Assembly (NCBI GenBank): GCA_949295085.1
Contig: CASFJS010000008.1
Span: forward strand, 38,855 to 102,854
Source: an uncultured Pseudomonadota bacterium
Lineage (GTDB): Bacteria > Pseudomonadota > Alphaproteobacteria > RF32 > CAG-239
Direction: 5' to 3'
DNA: 64,000 nucleotides
The translations under genes and the position numbers were made by a program. The notes below the pieces were generated by a model. It was not told where the DNA came from, did not search any database, and saw nothing but the letters and a program-made list of their open reading frames with translations. How positions within the stretch are numbered: position 1 is the stretch's first letter; the number at the start of each line of letters is the position of its first letter. Positions 37,701-45,851 of this stretch are shown here, in pieces.

Positions 37701-38589
37701 CTTGGTTCGCAGTGAAACCAGCGCCAATGATCCGAACGGCGTTAAGATTGTCGACGAACCGGCCGGGGTGGCTTATGCCAAAGGCGCGGTTGAAAACGCC
37801 AAAGATATTCTGGAAATGTGGACCAAAGATGCGCCGGGATTGTTGGACGACAATATCAGCAAGCTGCAGCCGATTCTGGAAGAATGGAATGCCCGGTTTC
37901 CGGATAAAGCCATGGATGCCCACCGGTTGTTGCTGATTGCCGGCGACTGCGGTGCACAGATGGTTAATGCCGATATTGACACCAATATGCACCACGTCGA
38001 CCATAGCGATACACCGGCGGAAGTTCACGGAAATCATAAAGTTTTTGGCTCACAATGGTGCGAGGCCAACAACTTTAATCATGATATAATTAAACATATC
38101 GCCTCCGTTACCGATGCCAACGGCCATATCATCCCCGAAAAATTATCGCCGGATACTTTGTGGGCCATTGCCGAGCTTGACGCAGCGGTCAGCGCACATA
38201 ATGAAGTCGGACATATTAACGGTGCGCCGGTTCATACCGACGGGGTATTGGCACGCAACGCCTCGGCAGACGGAACAGGCGTCTTTCACCATGTTGACGA
38301 TGGTAAAGGCGAGGTCTTTACGACTTATGCCGACGGCGACGGTAAAATCACGATACCGGAAAAAGCGCATTATGAACGGATTGATGAATTCTCCAAGGTT
38401 GAACAACACAGCTATATTCCGTTCACGGTTACGTTTGACCGGATTTTCGGCGGCGCGCAAAAATTTACTCAAAGCCTGAAACGGATTATGGGCGCCAACG
38501 GTAAGTATAAGGAAAAAACAAACGCCGACGGCACCAAGGATAAGTCGGCAGGTATTAATCCGGTTAAGCTTTCCGGCGGCCGCTCTTAA
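34714..38589 (+). CDS. giant orphan protein (1291 aa) with PEPEPK/Q repeat tract and Gly/Ala-rich hydrophobic centre
   Basis: One uninterrupted ORF with backbone-like codon usage and no signal peptide. No domain recognised. Confidence 0.7.
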   Translation: MTDTSNWPREVIDIEQLKTVLDSNSINMADELDIVLRQKAHVDMPYGKRYQHVRFATILGAVHVPNSLYDDEERQKHLKKLRRYYDQSATKAYIKLETADFYCNFLEQIKDSIEQRHPGVKLPLTTVDKPKEKEQTRGTGGKKRSKPNTQNDQIVKIDRYRVINPSCLSNLPAEELTKLLNETLAEYANNMTATADKDKLIKFIANLEYAFAYARNDGKSLEQNSHLNQARRLYNYRAGQNLTPQTQKLYVAYMEAVEEKLRKAHPDYQIVYDEIPLLYDSVRAEPQPEPEPKPEPEPKPEPEPQPEPEPQPEPEPEPQPEPEPADTQEKILEGYTSDEWMQLLAGVKNEDALPVFLEMTADSLHLTEGMEITALREVLGERFPKNFEKLTPAEKDAKRQELKSSLNPAELAKFNIRLTDKAQILAESLPPHQLVVMAQDIDKQLEDKNRTSDEQEQQLQELKAQKEVLVAAMAAKTKGVAFGDIIIDQTNVADVYDGAMEMFDYLQNSGVQLEGEGEFSFADLMESAKNKLNREIAAYDEANGLTNINEEDADKLEKAFDDVWATAKEIDINDKTQNEAWFSNIGTFFDGLSFAEPDADKKKQTFIETIKLEAARNAAIRSVGKSKEELIEELKIQLQTTAGQHIQTLITTDVMANLPENATDEQRRQAVAEALAQPRHQISDKGLAAYQAATVNNHISFLNRLAGKAHLNNRSASVLSKIYGPLQKIDKACIARFGQNYTVVRKFGRMMAGNMGAQALNQVVRIGCNTVGLALGTPGLGSQIYAGVYAAQALTRLGMSFAQERRDAKARGEKYGFGKFLLQKSPEILMTAAVTTSIFFGGEIAKRGMEAAVRYGTMAVGFGISLVKGIRAQRKAGNKWGKAIAKAFANSAASTATAVATGMGMAWGVNNLAAEITNNTSLDLWGEHGTRQPTADEYNPDDASYSKDTVGSDKLDNYKNMTPEELNRSGIIKEGLPRDEAAGLINQTDEQLADKGLVRSETSANDPNGVKIVDEPAGVAYAKGAVENAKDILEMWTKDAPGLLDDNISKLQPILEEWNARFPDKAMDAHRLLLIAGDCGAQMVNADIDTNMHHVDHSDTPAEVHGNHKVFGSQWCEANNFNHDIIKHIASVTDANGHIIPEKLSPDTLWAIAELDAAVSAHNEVGHINGAPVHTDGVLARNASADGTGVFHHVDDGKGEVFTTYADGDGKITIPEKAHYERIDEFSKVEQHSYIPFTVTFDRIFGGAQKFTQSLKRIMGANGKYKEKTNADGTKDKSAGINPVKLSGGRS
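35566..35685 (+). repeat. in-frame 18-bp-type tandem repeat encoding (PEPEPK/Q)n
   Basis: cctgagccggaaccc(a/c)aa is reiterated. The translation is PQPEPEPKPEPEPKPEPEPQPEPEPQPEPEPEPQPEPEP. Confidence 0.9.
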
Positions 38590-38630
38590 AAAGAGAAGCT
38601 CCGCATTTGCGGAGCTTCTCTTTTTTTTTT
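38590..38630. terminator. bidirectional rho-independent terminator shared by the giant ORF and dnaK
   Basis: A 14-bp stem agagaagctccgca / tgcggagcttctct with a T10 run on the plus side and a T5 run on the minus side. Confidence 0.7.
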
Positions 38631-38639
38631 GGAGTTTAC

Positions 38640-40556
38640 TTATTTGACCTCTTCAAAATCGGCGTCAACAACCTTTTCGTCTTTAGGCTGTTCGGCCGAA
38701 GCACCGGTATCGGCGCCTTGCGTTGCGCCCTGAGCCTGTTGTGCCTGAGCGGCCTGCGCCTTGTACATGGCCTCGCCGAGTTTCATTGAAGCCTGCATCA
38801 GACTTTCGGTCTTTTCTTTGATAACCGCCAAATCATCGGCCTCCAGCGCTGTCTTCAAAGCGTTGATTTCTTTTTCAATCGCTTCTTTTTCGGCCGGTGA
38901 AACCTTGTCGCCGTTTTCTTTTAAGGTCTTTTCGGTGGTATGAACCAAAGATTCGGCTTGGTTCTTAGCCTCGACAACCTCTTTTTTCTTCTTATCGGCT
39001 TCGGCATTAGCCTCGGCGTCTTTGACCATCTTTTCGATATCGGCATCGGACAAACCGCCGCTGGCTTGAATACGAATAGCCTGCTCTTTGTTGGTGGCCT
39101 TATCCTTGGCCGAAACGTTAACAATGCCGTTGGCGTCGATATCAAAGGTTACTTCAATCTGCGGCATACCGCGCGGTGCCGGCGGAATACCAACCAGATC
39201 AAACTGGCCCAGAAGTTTGTTGTCGGCCGCCATTTCACGCTCGCCCTGAAAGACGCGAATCGTAACAGCCGTTTGGCCGTCTTCGGCGGTTGAGAAGACC
39301 TGCGATTTGCGGGTCGGAATGGTGGTGTTGCGGTCAATCAAACGGGTGAAGACACCACCAAGGGTTTCAATACCCAAAGACAGCGGCGTAACATCCAGCA
39401 ACAAAACATCTTTGACATCGCCCATCAAAACACCGCCCTGAATGGCTGCGCCGACGGCAACGACCTCATCCGGGTTAACACCTTTGTGCGGCTCTTTGCC
39501 AAAGATTTCTTTAACCTTTTCCTGAACTTTGGGCATACGGGTCATACCGCCGACCAAAATAACCTCGCTGATATCTGTCGGCGAAATACCGGCATCGGCC
39601 ATGGCCTTTTTGCAAGGCTCAACCGTGCGCTCAATCAAATCTTCAACCAAAGATTCAAGTTTGGCGCGAGTCAGCTTGATGTTCAAATGTTTCGGCCCTG
39701 TGGCATCCGCGGTAATAAAGGGCAAATTAACCTCGGTCTGTGTGGTAGAGGACAGCTCAATCTTGGCTTTTTCGGCCGCTTCTTTCAAACGCTGCAAAGC
39801 CAAACGGTCGTTCTTCAAATCAATGCCTGATTCTTTCTTAAATTCCTCGGACAAATAGTTGACCAGACGCTGGTCAAAGTCTTCGCCGCCCAAGAAAGTA
39901 TCGCCGTTGGTCGACTTAACCTCAAAAACGCCGTCGCCAATCTCCAAAATCGAGATATCAAACGTACCGCCGCCAAGGTCATAAACCGCAATCGTGCCGT
40001 TGGTTTTTTTATCCAAGCCGTAAGCCAAAGCAGCCGCCGTCGGCTCGTTGATGATACGCAAGACATCCAGTCCGGCAATTTTACCGGCGTCTTTGGTGGC
40101 CTGACGCTGAGAGTCGTTAAAATAGGCCGGAACGGTAATAACGGCTTTTTCAATTTTTTCGCCAAGGTAGCTTTCGGCATATTCTTTAATCTTTTGCAAG
40201 ACGATAGCCGAGATCTGCGACGGCGCATATTTCTGGCCTTTAACCTCAACCCAGGCATCGCCGTTGTCGCCCTCGATAATCTTAAACGGAACCAAAGCTT
40301 TGTCTTTGGCAACTTCCGGCGAATCATACCGACGGCCGATTAAACGTTTAATCGCAAACAACGTGTTTTCCGGGTTGGTTACCGCCTGACGTTTAGCCGG
40401 AAAACCGACCAGACGCTCTGTATCGGTAAACGCGACCATCGACGGTGTGGTGCGCGCGCCTTCGGAGTTCTCAAGAACTTTGGCCTCCCCGCCTTCCATA
40501 ACGGCAAAACAGGAGTTGGTCGTACCCAAGTCAATACCAATAACTTTATTGCTCAT
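38640..40556 (-). CDS. dnaK: molecular chaperone DnaK (Hsp70)
   Basis: 638 aa with GIDLGTTNS and DLGGGTFD motifs and a C-terminal EEVK-type tail. Confidence 0.98.
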   Translation of the reverse strand: MSNKVIGIDLGTTNSCFAVMEGGEAKVLENSEGARTTPSMVAFTDTERLVGFPAKRQAVTNPENTLFAIKRLIGRRYDSPEVAKDKALVPFKIIEGDNGDAWVEVKGQKYAPSQISAIVLQKIKEYAESYLGEKIEKAVITVPAYFNDSQRQATKDAGKIAGLDVLRIINEPTAAALAYGLDKKTNGTIAVYDLGGGTFDISILEIGDGVFEVKSTNGDTFLGGEDFDQRLVNYLSEEFKKESGIDLKNDRLALQRLKEAAEKAKIELSSTTQTEVNLPFITADATGPKHLNIKLTRAKLESLVEDLIERTVEPCKKAMADAGISPTDISEVILVGGMTRMPKVQEKVKEIFGKEPHKGVNPDEVVAVGAAIQGGVLMGDVKDVLLLDVTPLSLGIETLGGVFTRLIDRNTTIPTRKSQVFSTAEDGQTAVTIRVFQGEREMAADNKLLGQFDLVGIPPAPRGMPQIEVTFDIDANGIVNVSAKDKATNKEQAIRIQASGGLSDADIEKMVKDAEANAEADKKKKEVVEAKNQAESLVHTTEKTLKENGDKVSPAEKEAIEKEINALKTALEADDLAVIKEKTESLMQASMKLGEAMYKAQAAQAQQAQGATQGADTGASAEQPKDEKVVDADFEEVK

Positions 40557-40604
40557 AATCTTTTCCTTCTTTCCAGATTTTGATTTTTATTTGTCTAGAA
40601 GCTT

Positions 40605-40633
40605 ATATAGGAATCAGATTTTGGCGGTGCAAG
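40605..40633 (-). promoter_or_regulatory. candidate RpoH (sigma32)-type promoter for dnaK
   Basis: On the minus strand: CTTG (40633-40630), 18 nt, then CCTATAT (40611-40605). It fits CTTG-N17/18-CYTATNT and lies 48 nt upstream of the ATG. Confidence 0.5.
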
Positions 40634-40660
40634 GGCGGATATTATTTTTTTATAAGAAAA

Positions 40661-41236
40661 TTATGCTGAGGGCTCCAGAATTATTTCTTCCCAAACACAT
40701 TCAAAGCTGTCTTCGCCCGGCGAACAAGCATACGCACCGACAGCGGCAATATCCGAGACTTTTGGCAGATGCAGCATGCGAACTTGCCGAAAATTATTGC
40801 CGGTCAGCGAATACATAATAACAAAATCTTTGCCGCGGCGGCTCAAACGCAGCCAAAGCGTATGACAATCCAAAGGCAAATCCGTTGCCGACCAGTCGCA
40901 AGAACCTTGATTGGCACTGATAATACCCAGCTGCGGTGCGACCAGATTAGGCGACAACAACCCCGCTTTAATCCAGTTTTGGGCATCAGAACGGAACATC
41001 AGGCCGCATTGCGCCGAATTTTTAATAACCGGAAACGAGCACTTGACCACGAGGATAAAATTACCGGCACAATCTTTGGCAAACAAATGGCCGTTGTCTT
41101 TTTGAAAGCCGCCATCGGTATTTTGCCAGAAGTCGGTTTGCGGTCTGGTTTCTATCAGCATGCCCTCCTCAACAAAACGAACGTTTTGCGGATCATTATA
41201 CCAGATAAAATCTTTGATATTTTCCAAAATCATCAA
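40661..41236 (-). CDS. DUF1349 family protein (concanavalin-like fold)
   Basis: 191 aa. The pattern WYNDP..., [13 protein letters not shown] and NWIKAG is typical of DUF1349. It has a 4-nt overlap with the upstream J-protein gene. Confidence 0.7.
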   Translation of the reverse strand: MMILENIKDFIWYNDPQNVRFVEEGMLIETRPQTDFWQNTDGGFQKDNGHLFAKDCAGNFILVVKCSFPVIKNSAQCGLMFRSDAQNWIKAGLLSPNLVAPQLGIISANQGSCDWSATDLPLDCHTLWLRLSRRGKDFVIMYSLTGNNFRQVRMLHLPKVSDIAAVGAYACSPGEDSFECVWEEIILEPSA

Positions 41237-42147
41237 AAAGTCCTGATTGTTTCGTCCGGCATATTTTGCAAAGCTTTTTCAAGCTCAGAGCTTTTGGTCT
41301 TGGGCATAACCACTTTTAGGGTTATAATTTGGTCGCCGCCTTTGACCCCTTTGCCCTTAAGCCGCAGTTTTTCGCCGGTGGTCGCATAGGGCGGAATGTT
41401 TACGGCCACTTTGCCGGTAATGGTCGGCACGGTTATTTTGGCTCCTAAAATCGCCTCTTTCAGCGTTATCGGCAACTCCAGCAGAATATTTTTGTCTTCC
41501 AGCTCAAAATAGGGATGGCGGTCGACATTCAAGGTAATTAGGACATCACCGGGCGTGCCGCCGTTGAAGCTCGGCTCGCCCAACCCTTTAAGCCGCAAGG
41601 TTTGTCCGTTTGAAGTGCCTGCGGGAATTTTGACATTGATGTTTTTGCCGTTGAGATTGACGGTTTTTTCTTCACCGCGCGCCGCCGACAAAAAGTCAAT
41701 CCGCATGGTGTAGTTAATATCGGCGCCTTTGCGCGGCCGACGCGATGCCCCGCCAAAACCTCCCGCAAAACCGCCGGCGCCGCGTCCCGAAAATTGTGAA
41801 AAGATATCGTCGCCGAAAATTGACGAGAAATCAAATGACGCGCCAGATCCGCCAAACGGGTTTCCTCCGGCCGAATATGCCTGATACCCGCCGCCAAAAC
41901 CGCCGGCGCCAAAACCGGTCGGTTTGCCGTCGGCATCTATTTCGTTGTTGTCATATTTTTGACGTTTTTCTTTATCACCCAGAATATCGTAAGCACTGGA
42001 AACTTCTTTGAATTTCTCGGCCGCGTTTTTATCGTCTTTATTTAAATCCGGATGATATTTACGCGCCAGTTTACGGTAAGCCGATTTTATTTCGTTTTCC
42101 GTTGCCGTCTTACTGACGCCCAAAACCTGGTATAAATCTTTATTCAT
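41233..42147 (-). CDS. J-domain co-chaperone, CbpA-like (no zinc finger)
   Basis: It has a J domain (DLYQVLGV...YHPDLN), a G/F-rich region and DnaJ C-terminal domains. I chose the start at MNKDLYQ; the ORF is open back to 42192. Confidence 0.8.
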   Translation of the reverse strand: MNKDLYQVLGVSKTATENEIKSAYRKLARKYHPDLNKDDKNAAEKFKEVSSAYDILGDKEKRQKYDNNEIDADGKPTGFGAGGFGGGYQAYSAGGNPFGGSGASFDFSSIFGDDIFSQFSGRGAGGFAGGFGGASRRPRKGADINYTMRIDFLSAARGEEKTVNLNGKNINVKIPAGTSNGQTLRLKGLGEPSFNGGTPGDVLITLNVDRHPYFELEDKNILLELPITLKEAILGAKITVPTITGKVAVNIPPYATTGEKLRLKGKGVKGGDQIITLKVVMPKTKSSELEKALQNMPDETIRTF

Positions 42148-42207
42148 TGCCAAACCCGTAAAAACCTTTCTTATCTTTATATAGGCAAACAAAAAAGGCT
42201 TTGCAAG

Positions 42208-42507
42208 TTAAGACGATGGCAATTCATCACAAACAAACGTTGCCCTGCGCCGGTTATCCGGTTGCAACTTAATATCGTACAAAACAGCCTGCCTGTCGCC
42301 GCGATTGGCGCAATAAATGGCCGCAACCGGAGCAATCTCGTCAATCCGGATATTTGAATACTCATAAACCACATGCCAGGGACTTTTTTCGATAATAACG
42401 ACATGATCCGCGATATAATTATAATCAGGGTCATAAATTTCTTCCCTGAAAAACGAGCAGGATGACAAGAAACAGACCATGCCAAAAATAACCAGATATT
42501 TTTTCAT
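42208..42507 (-). CDS. hypothetical small lipoprotein
   Basis: 99 aa with the lipobox FLSSC. Confidence 0.5.
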   Translation of the reverse strand: MKKYLVIFGMVCFLSSCSFFREEIYDPDYNYIADHVVIIEKSPWHVVYEYSNIRIDEIAPVAAIYCANRGDRQAVLYDIKLQPDNRRRATFVCDELPSS

Positions 42508-42665
42508 TCTTTTCCCTCTCTGTCTTTTACCGGGCCGGATTTTGTTTTGCTTTTGCCTTGAGAAACCGGAGTCAACCCCTCAACACTTTCGCCTTTGGCC
42601 GCAACAACTTTAGCCCGCATATTTTGCAGACTGTTCTGAAGTTTTTTTATTGTTGCATCATCCAT
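42504..42665 (-). CDS. possible small ORF (53 aa, Lys-rich), below ORF-track cutoff
   Basis: The translation is MDDATIKKLQNSLQNMRAKVVAAKGESVEGLTPVSQGKSKTKSGPVKDREGKE. Its stop overlaps the ATG of the next gene (ATGA). There is no other support. Confidence 0.25.
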   Translation of the reverse strand: MDDATIKKLQNSLQNMRAKVVAAKGESVEGLTPVSQGKSKTKSGPVKDREGKE

Positions 42666-42713
42666 GGTTTTGCCCTCTGGTCTTATTTTTAGCAGACAGG
42701 CGTTAAATAATGC

Positions 42714-43034
42714 TTAATTAAGCTCTTTGTAAACATCTTTACCGGCCTGAAGCAGAATTTTATAGACTCTGTTATTGGTTGCGTTTTTGGTACGCCGGTT
42801 CGACAACTTGGCAATCATTTTCATAAGCTCGGCATTAAACCGTTTGTTTTGCCGCAAAGATTCGATATCGCCGTAATTTTCCTCATCATTAATTTTGTAA
42901 TCAACCACGGCTTTGAGCGTTGCCATATATTTGGCTTCGTTTTGGGCCGAATACTGTGCTCCGGCCGAAGAAACCGACAAAAACACCCCCAAAAACACAA
43001 AATAAAATATTTTCATGGCTCTGCCTGCTTTCAT
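42714..43034 (-). CDS. hypothetical small secreted helical protein
   Basis: 106 aa. The signal peptide is MKIFYFVFLGVFLSVSSAGA, with a likely start at 43016. Confidence 0.5.
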   Translation of the reverse strand: MKAGRAMKIFYFVFLGVFLSVSSAGAQYSAQNEAKYMATLKAVVDYKINDEENYGDIESLRQNKRFNAELMKMIAKLSNRRTKNATNNRVYKILLQAGKDVYKELN

Positions 43035-43113
43035 TAATGATTTATTTTGTTTTTATGTTTTATTATGATACCGTTCGGATTGATTAGCTACGATTTTTTG
43101 AAAGTTATCAGAT

Positions 43114-44094
43114 ATGAAAAAAACTTTGTGGATTTTGCTTGATGATCGCCGCGGCAGCGTTGGCCAGGCCAAAGGTGTTGCCATGGCGCTGGGCAGCGCG
43201 CTTAACATTATTGAAAAGCAGATTGTTTACACTCCCCTGGGCAGTTTGCCAAACTGGTTGCGCGGCAGGACCCTGCTCGGAACGGATTCACAAAAGTCGG
43301 ATAACCTGCAGGCGCCTTTTCCGGATATGGTGATGTCCACATCAAGGCGAACCGTCCCGGTAGCGCGTTATATCCGCAAAAAATCGGGCAACCGGACCAA
43401 AATCATCCAACTCATGTATCCCGGCGGCGGAACCGGTATTAAAGAGATGTCTTTAGTCGTGGTTCCCGCTCATGATAAACCTAAAAAACAACAGGGAAAA
43501 AACATTTTTGTCATTACCGGAGCCCCCACACGCATTTTCGACAACACTTTGCAACAGGAACGCCAAAAATGGCTGCCTGTATTTGCCGATTTACCAAAGC
43601 CGCTGACGGCCGTTATTATCGGCGGCGGCATCAAAAACAAACCCTGGCCGCTTGAAAATGCGTATGACCTGGCAGATAGTCTTAAAAAAATGCACGACAA
43701 AATCGGCGGCAGTTTTTTAATAACCTCATCGCGGCGTACGGGATCGGCGGCGGAAAAAATCATTATGGATAAGCTTAAAAATATTCCGATGTATACCTAT
43801 ATGTGGGGCGAAAAGAAAGAAAATCCCATCATGGGTTTTTATGCCTGTTCCGATAAAATTGTCGTTACGGCCGATTCGGTTTCCATGTGTTCGGAAGCCT
43901 GCGGTTGCCATGTTCCGGTGCTGTTATTTTTGGGGCGTAACTGGCTTTCGGACAAGCACAAACGGTTTGCGGCATCGCTGATTGAAAAAGGTTTTGCTGC
44001 GGACATTACGTCGCCGCAGGCTCTTGAATTTAAGGCTGCCGCAGCATTTAATCCGGCCGCACGAATTGCCGAACAAATACTAAAAATCGGCTAG
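43114..44094 (+). CDS. ELM1/mitochondrial-fission family (DUF1022-type) protein
   Basis: 326 aa. It shows LLDDRRGSVGQAKGVAMALG, IIGGG, SSRRT and TADSVSMCSEA patterns as I remember them for Pfam Mito_fiss_Elm1. Confidence 0.65.
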   Translation: MKKTLWILLDDRRGSVGQAKGVAMALGSALNIIEKQIVYTPLGSLPNWLRGRTLLGTDSQKSDNLQAPFPDMVMSTSRRTVPVARYIRKKSGNRTKIIQLMYPGGGTGIKEMSLVVVPAHDKPKKQQGKNIFVITGAPTRIFDNTLQQERQKWLPVFADLPKPLTAVIIGGGIKNKPWPLENAYDLADSLKKMHDKIGGSFLITSSRRTGSAAEKIIMDKLKNIPMYTYMWGEKKENPIMGFYACSDKIVVTADSVSMCSEACGCHVPVLLFLGRNWLSDKHKRFAASLIEKGFAADITSPQALEFKAAAAFNPAARIAEQILKIG

Positions 44095-44868
44095 GCCGAA
44101 ACTGCTGTCCGCCAAAGGGGTGTGGTCGCTTGTTTTGTCAGTTGCCGGATTTTCTTTTCTTTCGGCAACCGTTTTTTGAAACATACGCCCGAAATAAGTG
44201 CTTTTCCGCCAGACATACGCCGGTAGAAGCGCCGGATCGGCAAAGGTGCTGATATCCCGGTCCCAAAGCCGCTCCGCAAACGGATGATACAGCCGGTTAT
44301 ACATGCGTACGATATAGCGCAACGGATGATAATACAACGGCTGGTGCCAATCGATAAATATGGCTTTGCCGCCGGGTTTAACGGATTTGAGGGCATTATT
44401 GACAATCTTGACTTTGGTGGCGGACGGAACTTCGGACAACAACATAAAGCATAAAACGGCATCATATTGTCCTTTGGGCTTTAACTTGGTTGCGTCCTGA
44501 CAAAACACTTTCATTCCGGGATAAATTTTCCAATATTTTTCATTAATCCGCTCAACCTGCAGCGGGTTGATATCAACAATGTCATATTGCCCGTAAGCAC
44601 CGATAGCCATGGCTGTTTCGTCAATTTCATTGCCAAAAACAACACCGATTTGAAGAACGCTTTGATTCATCTGCAGCTCACGAACCGCGGCATTAACCAG
44701 CTTTTTATACTGAAAAAAAGTCCGCAATCCGCAACGGAAATTGCTATCCAGCGCGCTGCAGCGATCTTTGTCGTTATAAATATCGCCGTAAATAAAATCC
44801 AGATAGGCCGGCAGTTTGGGCTTTGCAGCTTTAGTTATAATCATTTTCCCTCTCTTGCAGAATTTCAA
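44080..44868 (-). CDS. UbiE/UbiG-like methyltransferase paralog, candidate rhodoquinone biosynthesis RquA
   Basis: 262 aa, with an alternative start at 44844. Motif I is degenerate (VLQIGVVFG instead of LDxGxGxG). Other features are LLSEVP, KPGGKAIFIDWHQP, HPFAERLW and the C-terminal STYFGRMFQKTVA. These match my memory of the RquA signature. Confidence 0.5.
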   Translation of the reverse strand: MKFCKRGKMIITKAAKPKLPAYLDFIYGDIYNDKDRCSALDSNFRCGLRTFFQYKKLVNAAVRELQMNQSVLQIGVVFGNEIDETAMAIGAYGQYDIVDINPLQVERINEKYWKIYPGMKVFCQDATKLKPKGQYDAVLCFMLLSEVPSATKVKIVNNALKSVKPGGKAIFIDWHQPLYYHPLRYIVRMYNRLYHPFAERLWDRDISTFADPALLPAYVWRKSTYFGRMFQKTVAERKENPATDKTSDHTPLADSSFGLADF

Positions 44869-45178
44869 TGACTTTCAAAACGCTTTTTTGGTAACAATCC
44901 TGGCTTTCCGAGATAAGAGAAGACAATTTGGCCAGTCTGTTATTAAGCATGTCATCTTCAATTTTGGTGCAAATGCGCGAAAAATCTTCCATCCCGAATA
45001 CCAGACTGCTGGACCGCCAGCAATGAAAAACCCGGCATTTTTCCTTGTCGGATATCTTATCCAGATTTTCCCACGACTTGGACGATTCCGCCAAATAGTC
45101 TTTCAAAAGCCCCTGCATTTTGCTTTTGCCGAAAATATCCAAATATTCATCAAGCTGTTTTTTATTAATATTAGTCAT
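44831..45178 (-). CDS. HPt (histidine phosphotransfer)-like protein
   Basis: I chose the start at MTNINKK (an ATGACTAA overlap with the response-regulator stop). The FHCWRSSSLVFGM segment resembles HxLKGSSxxxG. Support is weak. Confidence 0.45.
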   Translation of the reverse strand: MTNINKKQLDEYLDIFGKSKMQGLLKDYLAESSKSWENLDKISDKEKCRVFHCWRSSSLVFGMEDFSRICTKIEDDMLNNRLAKLSSLISESQDCYQKSVLKVIEILQERENDYN

Positions 45179-45851
45179 TTTTTCCCAATAACCCCAATTG
45201 AGTTGCCGCGGCAACCGCTCCGGTACGATTATAAACATTAAGTAATTTTAAAATTGCCGTCACATGGAGCTTAACCGTACCCTCACTAAGCCCGAGTTCA
45301 TACGCAATTTGTTTGTTTGAAGCACCTTTGGCAATCAGCCGCAAAACGTCGATTTGCCGCGGCGTCAGAATTTTGGCTTTTTCGGACGGATCCTGATTTT
45401 CTGGAACATTTTCAAGCTGTTTAAGCATGTCAAATTCATTCTGCGATGTTCCCTGCAACAACTCCGGAGGAATATAGACACCTCCGGACAAGACCAAATT
45501 AACCGCTGACAGAATCACGGCATTGCTTGAAGTCTTCGGAACATATCCGGCAGCACCGAGTTCCAGAGTTTTCTGCACGATTTCCCGGTCAAAGACCGCC
45601 GATAAAATAATAATCGGCGTATCCGGTATTTGCTCGTGTATTCTTTTAAGGGCGTCCAGCCAGCGGGCTCCCGGCATAGCCAAATCCGTCAACAACAAAT
45701 TAAAATCTTTCTGTTTTTCAAGGGCGGCAAAAATATCATCATAATTTCGGGCCTTAACCAGTTCTGCCTGCGGAAAGAAATCGGACAGAACCATTTCCAG
45801 TCCTTTCAAAAACAATTCATGATCATCGGCTATCAATATTTTCATCGGCAC
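45171..45851 (-). CDS. NarL/FixJ(LuxR)-family response regulator
   Basis: 226 aa. It has a receiver domain (ILIADDH, LLLTDLAMPG, K at PK) and a C-terminal LuxR HTH (LTPRQIDVLRLIAKGASNKQIA). Confidence 0.9.
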   Translation of the reverse strand: MPMKILIADDHELFLKGLEMVLSDFFPQAELVKARNYDDIFAALEKQKDFNLLLTDLAMPGARWLDALKRIHEQIPDTPIIILSAVFDREIVQKTLELGAAGYVPKTSSNAVILSAVNLVLSGGVYIPPELLQGTSQNEFDMLKQLENVPENQDPSEKAKILTPRQIDVLRLIAKGASNKQIAYELGLSEGTVKLHVTAILKLLNVYNRTGAVAAATQLGLLGKND

